A program made the translations under genes and the position numbers. Shown here piece after piece: positions 46,701-58,700 of a stretch of 64,000 nucleotides of DNA. This DNA comes from Harriotta raleighana (taxonomy: Eukaryota): assembly GCA_050575255.1 (NCBI GenBank), contig JBNZDD010013650.1:1206198-1270197 (forward strand), in the 5' to 3' direction. Below the pieces are notes generated by a model. That model saw only the letters and a list, made by a program, of their open reading frames with translations. It was not told where the DNA came from and searched no databases. The number at the start of each line of letters is the position of its first letter. Within the stretch, counting starts at the first letter, position 1.

Positions 46701-49700
46701 GTGGGGAGGTTTGTAAATTTTTCAGAAAATTGCAGGGGATTTTTTGCAGCAAAATGGCGGGGAATTGAATGGTGCTACTGAGTTACATTTTTAAACTTTA
46801 TTCATAAAAAATAAACATAAGGAAATTAAACCAAACGCATATTAGATTGTTGCAAAAAAAATTAATTGCTTCTTTAACAAAAACTGGGCGGTCTTACACA
46901 GAAAGTCACAGGTGGAACATTTGATGACTGGCTTTGCTCACTAGCGGAGAAATTAATTTCAATCCACAACTGTTGGTGGGTCACAACTGTGCACAATTGG
47001 CAGCTGTGTTTTGCCAACAAATATACTGTCAATTCACTTCACAGTATATTCTGTGAAGTGCTTCGAGAGATGTCTCAAAGACATGAAAAGGACAATATCA
47101 AATTGAAGGATTATTATTAATAGGAATCTATTTTCTCATTGTGTGTAATATATATATTGTATATTGGATGATTTTCTCTCTTAGACATTCATGCAGTTAG
47201 TGACACAGAAATACAGCAGCAATGTCTCCCCTAGTTGTCCTGCCCCCAATATGACTTATTATTTTGTCAACACAAGATCCACTTTCATTGCAAACAGTTA
47301 TTAAATACAATGAGGTTAAATCTTTATGGCAATGAAACCTTCATTTTTACAATTCCCACCAATGGAAAAAATAACAATACAATGTTTTTTTTAGCACCTT
47401 TCACTTTAGGAGCACACCCAAGCTAGAGGCAGAGACCACACAAATGTTAATATAATGATGCACACACCAAGGGTCGTCTCAAGAACATTGCAAACAATTC
47501 AATTCTTAAAATAACTTCCTGTTTCGTTTGAAGACTTGAGTGCATGGAAGGAAAGCTTTCAAATGAAAGCGATATTTAAGAATTTGCCAATTCTAAACGC
47601 TCTAAATTGCTAAGTAAACAAGATAAATTCAGACCTAGCTGGAATTTCTACCCAAGCTGCCATTTTGTTGAAATAAAAATCCCATCAGTTGACTCTTCAT
47701 TTTTAAGTAACACTTTAATAATAAATAACACTGTTGGCAGAACATCAGCATATGACGCTGCTGAATATAACAGTTAACTTTTATTGATGTCACTATCAGC
47801 AATATCAACCTCTCTCTCGTGAAAATACAGCACAATAATTAGCAGTCAGTACTAGATAATGTCGTTCCATAATTAGTTTGAAATAAAAGCTCAACTTTCA
47901 CACAGGGGAGGAGAGGGAAAACAGAGGAAAATTATAGACCAATCTGATCCTACAGTCAGACAGACACAAATAGTTTAGTTGTTCACAAAATACAACAAGC
48001 ATTGCTAATCATGCTTTCTGTAATCCAGTGATTTTACTGCTGCTTGTCTAAAATATCCTTTTAGGGGAAGCAAAGCAGGACCTCGGACTATCCGGCTTCC
48101 AGATTTCAAATTTGTATATGGAAGAACTGATCTTCTCACACATGGGAAAGTACTAATACAAAAAACAGAGAGGGTGCTCTGCTGGGAATCAGGGAATATT
48201 CTATACTTAATTTTATAATTTAAAGTTAACTTCCAACGTGAAAGGCTCTATACAAGTGTAATTTTGTTGATGCATCTTTTTGAATGCTGTGATCTGGATT
48301 TGTTTGTAAAAAAGCAGATGAGAGGAACATCTGGTTAGGAACCTGATTGAGGGTTATAGGGCTAAACCCAAAGAGATAATTGAAGGCTGTGTGGAACATA
48401 ATGATTCTTGAGTTCTTAAGACCATGGAAATATCAAACCGAGAAAGGCAAAAGGTCATGGATGAATAATGCAGGACGAAAGGTTAGATAGGTGTTCAGCA
48501 GCCACTTGATTTACCCCTGCGGGCAGGCAGAAATTGTAGGTACCTTTTCAGAAGATGAAACAAGTTAGATTGAGAAGATGACAGAGTCAGGATAAGGAAC
48601 AGACTTGATGAATTAATGGACTCTAATTTGACAAATTTGCAAGACAAATCATTGCGTTAATTGCAAAGTTCAATTTGCTGAATTGCCAGTGAAAAGTGTT
48701 CTTGTGAATTCTAGAATTCGCAAAGTCTGAAAAAAGCCAATGAGCAATTGGCACCCAATTGAATCGGCTAGTGTTTTGCTCATTTTGGGACATTACCTAC
48801 TTGGGGGAATGGTCTGATGCAAATTTTGCCAAACCAAAAATTTCAGATTTCTCTCTGCCCTCAAAAGGCATATCAAGCAACTCGTTGGGATTGATCGAAT
48901 TTTCTCATTCTGCTCTCTCTTTTGCTATCAATAAAAAGTCACAGTAGGTTCCTCGTGAAAAAGGATTGAGGGATCATTAAAATTAACATTTAAGCTTTTT
49001 TTTCATTCTCATAGTTCCATTTTTATTGAAATTATAAAAAAAACTCATTAAAAAAATTCCTTCCCTTTCCTGGTGGTGTTCAGTCTGCTACGCTTACGCC
49101 ACATGCACCAACGGTCACATGCTCCTTTGTGTGTGAGCTGAAACAGGGAGCACTCCACGGACCAGGTAAATGAACAGCATCCGGGCTCAATTCTGTCTGA
49201 CCTCACCCAAAATACACTTTATAGCTTGGGAGGATTGCGATCAGAACTGGGAACTTTGGCTTGAATCTCCCCTACCCCACCTTTCTTTTCTTCTGTCTAG
49301 ATTCTAAGTGTAACTGACTTGACGGGAGCTGACCACGCAAATGTAGAGTGGATCAATAAAAACCTCACCAACAAGGCAGTTGGCATTTAGGTACTGTATT
49401 AAGATATATGCTGGATGATGATGTATCTATCAGTTTCTGTCAAGTCTCGATTATTGACTACTATACAGGATCCAGTCTGTGTATTTTCAATGAAATTGAA
49501 AAAGTAGGGTTTGAAACCAATTGAAAACAGGTCCAGTTAACCTTCACACAGTCCAGTAGATGGCGCTTACTTAACACTGTTGTTGAAATGATCTCAGGAA
49601 ATAATTGCAGAGGCTGATTAAAGCTCTATACAAATCAGACCAGAATTAAAAGGTAATTTCTTGAAATATTTTTAAAGGCATTTGTAGGCATTTGCTGAGA

Positions 49701-52700
49701 TTGATGGAATACTTTGAGAGGGAAATATCGCTTTCAATCTACCTAATAACTGAACCCGAACTGCTCAACACAATAATTCTACAAGATGCTCTGCGCAGTC
49801 AGTGACTCCTCTAGTTTTGTCTCCATTTGCATTGGTAAAACTGATATGTAAAAACATTGCATCAAAGCATGATGTTTATTTTGTTTTGCAGTTTTTATAG
49901 TCGGGATGAAAACAAAAATGTTTTATGCGTAACCAATGGAGCAAAACAGGATGAAGAAAATGAATCAATGCGGGAAAAGTGGAACATGCGGCCATACACA
50001 AACAGTAAAAAGGACTCGGAGTGTCTGGTAGACTAAATGGTCTGGACAGTTCTCTCACATGACGGTTCATGGCAATGGATTCTAATGTGTGGGCTTTTGT
50101 CATGACAAAGCAACTTGCTATTTGAATCCCAAACCTGTAAAATTATATGAAAAATGTGTCTGGAAAACATTCCAACATGATAAACCACAATCTGTCTCAG
50201 TGTGTGGGTAAGTCTTCCTTGAAGTCTTTGGCCAAATTAATTTCAAATGAATCATCAAATGTAAGAGTAATAAGCACATGGAAACTTGCTGTACCTCACA
50301 TCAACCACAACTGGTTTCTTTGAATAACCTCATTGATGACAGAGGGAAGAGAAAAAAGAATGGAGAAGCAACACTTTACCAAGAATTAAACCACTGAGAG
50401 AAGCTGCGTCACATAATCTAACATTTATGTGTTACCGTAATGATCCAGGGCCACCACACACAAAATAATTAAAAGGCTCAAATATTCCCGATCGAGAGTT
50501 ACTCCCAGTAAGAAAGTAGTTTACAGCTGGACCTTATTGTTCAACATTAGATCAAGAAGCTGACGCAATGGGAAGGTCCTCAACTCAAAATCTCAGGTCA
50601 GGTGCATCCATGGGTGCCCTGTTAGTATCACATAAGTCGCTGGGAACACTACCCCTCCCATCATGAGCCCAGCACCACTTTGGCAGAGGGGCTGGGATCA
50701 TGATCGGAGGGGTAGAAAGGAATGAGTGAAGCTGGGAAGCAACGACTCTTTCAAGGACCTTGGAGAGAAAAGTAAAGTTGGAGATAGGCCGGTAGCTGGA
50801 AATCAGGCATACATCCAGGGAACGTTTCTTCAGGATAGGGGTGATTGTAGCTGTTTTGAGAGAGATGAAAACAGTGCCAGATGATAAAGAGAGATTGATG
50901 GTGTCAGACAGTAGAGGAGCGAGGAGGTAGAGGTGGGAGGTAAGGAGAGGGATGGGGATGAGGAAGCAGCTGGTGTATTTCATGGTCGATATAGTGGTGA
51001 TGAGAGAGGAGGGGGAGGCAGGTTTGAAAATATGGAAGGAGGGATGGGTAGGGGTCAGAATGTGTGGAGGAGATGGGGATTGAGTGGCAGTTGGTAGGGC
51101 AAGGGCAGCTGAATGGATTCCCTTAACTTTCGACTTGAGAAAATCTAACATCTCCCCACTGTCAGAATTTGAAGAGAGAATAGGCAAGGTGTGGGGGGAA
51201 GGGGAGTGGGGGAGCTGGATGGAAGAGCCTCCTATTGGTGGAGGAAGAGAATATGGTGGGGAAGAATATAAGCCTGGAGTTGCCCTTCGCCTCCAAGATT
51301 ATCTTGGAGTACAAGGACAATTTGGCAGAGGCGAGATCGGAGCAGTTTGTTTTGATGTGGTCCAACCAGAGCTGCCGTTGAACTGTTAAGCCAGATTTGA
51401 GCCTTCAGTGGCCCATACATGAACCTTGAGGGTGCAGAGGTGGTTGGTGAACTAGGGAGAGGTTCGTGAATAGGACGCGGTTCAGAAGGTGAGGGGTCAA
51501 TGGCATCAAAAGTGTTGGAGAAGATATTTATTATGGAGGAGAGTGAGTGAGGAAGATAATTCAGTGCCAGTAGCAGAGGAGGTCAAATGACCCCAAGGCT
51601 GCGGAGAGGGATTGTGGCAGAAGGTTGAGGTGGGTTTGGAAGCGGTGGAGAGAGGGATTGAGGAGTTAAAGGAGACAAAATGATGATCGGAGATGGCCTT
51701 GTCCGTGATGGTGATAGCTAAGACACTGAGGCTCCAGGTGATCACCAGGTTAAGTGGGCGGCGGAGTAGGTGTGGAGGGAGTGGTTGAGAGAGGAGTGAA
51801 GTCCGAGGACGGAGAGAAGTGAGGGTTGAAGTCGCCCAGGATGAGGAGGTGATCAGAACAGGGGCAGAGGGGAGAGGAATGAGCCAGAGAAGTAGGGGGA
51901 TAGAGCAAGGGAGGTCCTGGGGATGAGTTTGGGACGTGTGTGTGGTGGGAAATATAGCTTATAGTATAGGTGAGAAGGAAGGTGTCGCCTGGGGTGATCC
52001 ACGTTTCAGTGAGTGCCATGATGTTGCTATTTTCATGAAGGATGAGATCATTGATGATCAGAGCCTTGTAGCAGAGGGAGCGGACATTTTGACGGCTAGT
52101 GCAGAGGGAATGTGTGAGATTAATATGAATAGTTTTCAGTAGAAAAGCAAAAATGGCTTCAACAGATAATGAACCAGACATTTAGGGGAAAGATTTTGTT
52201 GGATAGTAATTTCTTAGTTACTCACAGTAAGCAAGGTAGATAGTTTTACCAATCACTTCAAATGAATCTCTTTAACACCCTGCTTTGTTGGCCTCCCCAA
52301 ATCAATAGACTGCAGATAATCCAGAACTCTACAGTCTGTGTCCTCTCCTGAACCAAGCTCTGTGACCCTATCAGCCGCATTCTTGCCTGACTCCATTGGC
52401 TTCCCATCACTCAAGAGGTTTCAATTCATGATCCTGATCCTCACCTGTAAATGGCCTTGTACTATCCTAACTCTGTGACCTAACCCCTTACTAATCTGTC
52501 CACTCCCTCCGCTCAATGGGCTCCGGCAGTCCCCTGACACATCCGCCCCACCATTCTCCTGAAAGGCGCTATACAGAAGTAATTTTATTGTTGTTGTTAA
52601 TTCCTTCCTCTATTTACAGTTCTTAAAAGCTAATAAGAACTTTCCACCTACCCTTGTGAGTTCAGAGTTTCATTGGCTTTGAGCAACAATTCAGATAAGA

Positions 52701-55700
52701 CAGTGAAGAGTTTCAAGCGTATTTCAGGATCTCGGTTGGGCTGTAGGCATGTCGTCAAGACAGGAAAAACTTCATGAAGGGATTCACCGAGGACAGGACC
52801 TGTTAAACAGAGGAGATTACAGCTTCATTTTCCAATCTTTAATTCATAGCTTGTAACTTGAATGAATACAAAGTACGTCTGGGTACACGGCGATCAATGT
52901 TTGAAAAAAGTTACTTTGCTTTACATTTTTAATTGATAATCAATAAAACACTTTAATTTGATACCATTTCTCATATGTTTAAGCATCTCAAAGCACTTCA
53001 TACACTTGATTACTTGGAAATGAGGTGATTGATGTAATATAAGATAACACAACAGCTAATATGCTCCAGCAATGACTCACAGCAGACAAACTTTTTTTAA
53101 TTAATTAATTTTATTAATGAGGGAAGAATATCGGCCAGGGTACTGGTGGGACTCCCTGGTCTTTGAAATAGTGCCATGACATTTTTTTATTTTTTTTCCA
53201 ATCGACTACCTGGTTCATGAGAACAAGCAGATGGGTTCTCGATCTAATGACTGGGCTGATGGACGGCATCTCTGACAATCCAAAACTGACAGTTTGGAAT
53301 CCAAACAGTGGTATCAAGTACGAGTACTGTATAAATACTGTATAAGATTAAGACTTTATAAACTCGAATGCACAATCACTGATCCAGAAGTGAGAATACA
53401 CTGAGCTAACTGAGCCAGACTGACAATAATCTTTTACCCACATCTAAAAGCATATTTGTTGAATTAGTGTGATCATTTTAGCATTTCTGCTTCATTTAAT
53501 AAAAGATATGCCTACCTTAAAAAATGTTCTTGATAAACATTTATATTTATTTTTAATTCCAGGGTAATTTGCCATTCCTGCTGCCAGATTGCAAGGATAA
53601 TTATTGCATTCAGAAGTGCAACACTAGTCTTCCAACAAATAAGACCAAAAGGCATCATGTCATTTACTATTTAAAATTTGACTGCCAGCTAATATTTTTA
53701 CCTGATTGAGTGATTAGAGTTTCAAACTGTCGGTGTTCCACAGAGTAGATAGTCCACTGGTGCTCTGTGGCTGCAACCCATTCTATCAGCTGACTCATAT
53801 GTTGTCTGTACAAATCCAGAAAGCTGTCCAAATTCTGGACAGTAGCAAGGCAAGCTAAGGTCTTCTCGACCTGCAATTGGCACACAATTTCATTGCAATA
53901 CACCCAAAAAGAACTCCAACATAATAGCAATATTCACAAAATTACGCAATACACGGCTAAAGTTTGATTTGGACTAAACCAATTTTTAAAAAAATTTCAA
54001 TTTGAACAGAACCATAACCAGATTTTTAAAAAAAAGGTTGTATTAAGTAAATTAAAAGAAATTAGTACTGAAAATAGAAGACAAGATGTCCCAATGCAAA
54101 TCTAGCCAACACAAACAAAGTAATTCCTGTGAACATTACAAGAAAGAAAAATTGGCACAATTCTGAAAATGGCAAAGGTGATTCCAGCTTAACCTCAACC
54201 AGAAATCAGTTCATATTGAATAATATTCAATATTGGAAGTTCCTGCATCAATGGACAATTTGATAGCCTCTTCAAAAAAGAGCCTGGTGGTTCTGATTCA
54301 TTTTATGAGTGTCATATAAGTTTAGCCAGTCATTATACTGATATGTAACAATTATTCAGCAACTGTACACTTTTCAAAGTCTTCATCCTAGAAGTTGAAA
54401 CATGATGAAATGATTCCATCTAGGAGTGCAAAGTTCCTAACATTGACTTTGTTAGATTTAAAGACACCGAAACTTGGGTTTCATTCAATCTAGCCATCAT
54501 TTTCCCCCCCACTCAAAACCACTTGAGGTTCAAGAAAAGGCTAAAACCCACTCCTGGATAGAACTTTAGCTACAAATTAGAAGCGGGCAAAATTAAAATT
54601 GAAGAGGAGTGAAACCTTTCATTTTGGCTTTGAAATGGTTAAGATTTCTAAAAAAAATCAATAGCCAAGTTACAGATAAACTTTAAGAAACCGATATGCA
54701 GAGAGCTGTGGCTTGCAATACCTTGTTTTTCAGCTCCTGGTCAGGGGCTACCGACGTTATGGTTACCAACACTTTCAGCAATTGTAGATTGATTTCACGA
54801 CATGACTTCCCAGATACTGTAATTATTGTCTGCACACAGAGAAGTTCTTGTTCCAAATACTCCAGCTACATTCAACCCAGAAGAGAAAGAGAAAATAAAT
54901 GGATCAATCATTTTATTCCTCATTAGAAAATCCATAACAATTCCGCTAATGCACATGAAAAGGGAACTTTAGAAACCACAAGGATTGATAAGGTGCTGAT
55001 TGAAATCATAAATCTGTGCTAAATTTGATCCCAAAAGACACATTTAAAGCCTTTGACATTTTTGCAACATCAGAAATGTTTTCCATTTACCATGCATGTG
55101 ATTGGAAACATATGTAGTTTCTTTAGTCTAGCTCTACTGGGGTGAATGCAAAGAAATCTTCGCGTTTGACTGAGCATTGAAACCTACCCATTTCCAGAGG
55201 TCTGCATCTATTTTATATACATAAATCTCATGCTGTAAACCTTTCAGCAAACTGACAGATATAATTTTCTAATTGTTATGATCTACAGATAATGATTTGG
55301 TTTTCCACCCCTGCATAACCAGCACTTTCCATTTCTGTGCCCTTCTTTGTCAGCTTTATAAAACTGATTGTTAATCAAACAGCAAGATCCATTATATGTC
55401 ACTTCAATATGTACCTCTTGTGTAATGATAATATTGTTTCAGTAACTAGGTTCAACTGGTTTAGGAAAAAGCCACAAATCTATATCTTCACAACATTTAC
55501 TGAAGTGTTGCCGTTAATTAATGCAACAGATTTCAAGGAGGATCCTATTTCATTCAGTTAAGGTTGCCAGGTGCAAAATATAGCTAAAGATACCAGGGTA
55601 AACACTTGCTTGTAGAGATGAAACACTTTTTCAAAGGAATGAAATTGCTTTGCAGAGAAAGAGATGCTTAATATGTTGATTTACCGTTCATACATTCTCT

Positions 55701-58700
55701 CTGAGAATATGCATTTAACACCTGGCCCTGCTCAGTGAAAGGAACCGATTGACAGATCAAATCTCTATAAAATATTGGAGAGAAAGAAAACTGTGCACAT
55801 TCATTAGCGAACAATGATAAAGAAGGCTCTTATGGAAAAGGAGAGATGGTGGAAGGAGTAGATGGTAAATAAGGAGATAACATGAAAGAGGAATTAAAGC
55901 AATAGAACACCTTTAAGAAATAAAGTTCAGGGCATTATTAACTTATTAATACAAACTTACAATCATTTCATCCAAACTTCATAACGGCTGCACTGAATCA
56001 TGGGTAACGTAATCTTGATCCATCACAGGATTTACTGAGAAGTGAAATTTCCATGTGTAGATGGAGTACATGTGTAGAACGGTTTGGTTTGGTACTCTTA
56101 AGGTTGGTAATGTGTTTCAGCATGTGTCAGACACACAGCAGACCAAGATTATTGAGGTTTCACTGTACTGTACTGTGTGCAATTTCCAACTTGTACTGAA
56201 CTGTAACTAATTTTGTTCAGTAGCCATAAACTAAATTAATTTTTCCATTGAACCCTTGCAAACAGCAGAGAGAATCTTTTAGCCCGTCAATCAGGATGGA
56301 CCAGGATGGACAGAAAGTGGGAACAATATAACCACATTCCGTAAAGTATCCTTTGTTAACAAAACATTATCTGGGTTTCACTGCAGCACCATTCTACCAC
56401 ATCAACAGCGTGCTCAACAACTTCTTAAGTTACCATTCCAAAGTTAATGCCTAGTTAGTAATAAGTGATGACAACTTGTTCCAAACATAACCTCCAGCAA
56501 CCACTAATACTTTCGCAGTGCTTCCTGTTCTTGGCTCTCGGTATAAAAACGATGGTTTGCAAGTAAATACGTTGATGCCACACCAACATTTCACAGGTGA
56601 AAAGTTTTAAAGTTCCAGTTTAAGAGAGAAAGTTTTTTTTTAAAGCAATCAAAAGGCTAATTTAACATAATATCAAGTCCAATGCTGTGCTGAACTAATT
56701 GCTGTTGGTCACCCCAGAGCTACAGTCTAAGCAGTGGAGCAATTAACATGCATTACAGGAGAGCCCATTCTAATGGGAGTTATGCATCAGTTCAACTGTG
56801 AGCAGATTGGTCACAGACTATGAAGTGAGGCAAATTCCTAAAAGTCTGAAGGTTCACGTTTCAGTTGATAGCTCAAAAGAGTAGTTTATTTGAGTCACTA
56901 AAATACATTAAAAAAACATAACATCATGTTAGCTCCGATACTCAAATTACAGTCTCAATTGTTGACCTCCATGTTGAGAAAGTAGGCCATACAGGTTCTG
57001 TGGTGTTAGCATTACAGTACAATGCCTGGGCTATATGTAATGTTAGAGAAGGATTTAACTTTCCATATCCAAAATCTTGTCGGAGACTTTGGTACATATG
57101 CAATGAACCTGCATTTACACGGCATATTTGTTGACAGCTGGGATTGAACATGCAGAGTAAATGTGTGACAGCATGAAATTGCCAGTAAACATCTTTTTGC
57201 CACTTAGAAAAAATGATTTCAAGAGTGATGCCATTCATTGTGCAGAATAAATATGGTCAGCCTGGTATGACATGGTCACAAAATAACTCATAAAGTGGGG
57301 CAAAAAAGGAATTTAAGGCCATGAAGGAAAACTGCCCAGAGGAAAGCTAGATTCATTACCAGAAGGAATGCCAGGATTAGAAGGATGAGAATGGCGAAGA
57401 ACATTTTGGAAATGAACATGGCAAGACATAGGAAAGATAACAGTGCCACTACTTTTAAGTTATTGAACTTATTACTGATTTTAAAACAAGGACTGACTTG
57501 GAGATTAGATCTATTTTACCACCAATTTAGATATGAGCAAGAACTTCTTGATGGCTGGAAAATAGATAGTATTAGAAGCTTCGGGTATATCTGCACTGCA
57601 CCATGACCTTAGAAAAGGTATCAAGTTGAATCTAAATTGTACCTCCTGGGAAAGTGTATGCTTCGATGATTAGAAATAAATGCTTTGAGGTCAGCAGCAT
57701 GATTTAACAATGAGAAGTTACAATAAAATATGCGATCCCTCCTAGCTTCTACTTTGTTTGACACAACTACTTAAACCGTATATGATTGTCAACCCATACA
57801 ACTGCTAAAATCAGCAGATGCAATTTTTTTTTAGAGATTCCTTTGATCAAATGATCAATTATTTTTTAGAAAATGCTTCACGTCTCCTCCTTTTAAAAGG
57901 TTACTACTATTATTATAATAATTTACATTTATTTAGTGCCCTTATACTGTCGGGAGGATTCCCAAAGCTCTGGACATACTAAGGTTTGCACTTGAGTTAG
58001 GTGGGGGATGAGTGTACAGGGCGGAGGTTGAAGAACTGGAGGTAATGAGGAAGCGGGGAAATATAGCCAAAAGCATGGTCAAAGAGGAAGCTCTTCAGGC
58101 GGAGACGAGGTGCAAGTTAAACAAATTCCAGGATGAAGTTCTAGAGGGTGGGGGCAGATCCGCTGTAAGTCTTACTGCCACTGGTGGAGGGGCAATGTGA
58201 AGAGAAGCAAGCTGGTGCATGCTAAGCGGAGGTGCAACTGGGTTTGCAGGGTTAATAATAATATTTGCATTTCATTTTGCTCCAAAATGCTGTCAAGCAC
58301 TTCAGAATTTTTTGGAAAGTGTATTCAAATCATTCAATCAAAACAGGTTGATACAGGCCTCCACAGGACTGCTGAATTTTAAAAATAGTGGAGTTAAAGA
58401 TCTCATAACACTATTTGAAAAGGAGGCTCTCCTGTGTCCTTGTAATTTGGTCAGAAGCTTCATGACTATTTGTGGAATATTGCTGTGTGGAAATTAACTA
58501 CCATTTGTTTGCAAACACTATCAATAAATAAAATAACAATGATCCTTGCATTTGATATAGCTCCTTATGTCGTCAAAACATCTTAAAGTGCTTCATAGGA
58601 TTCACTGTAAAGTGTAGTTACTGTATTTGTAAATGTAGACCTTTAATGTTTTTGGTAACTTTGTTGCTCAAATAGCTCAACAAGCATAGTTCAATCAGAT

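Noticed and set aside
50585-52181. 200-aa and 143-aa ORFs as a nested host gene
   Set aside because: Broken L2 endonuclease/RT pieces with stops and frameshifts
54213-54233. ATATTGAATA-A-TATTCAATAT palindrome
   Set aside because: Short, nearly all A/T with a 1-nt loop; plausible by chance in 64 kb
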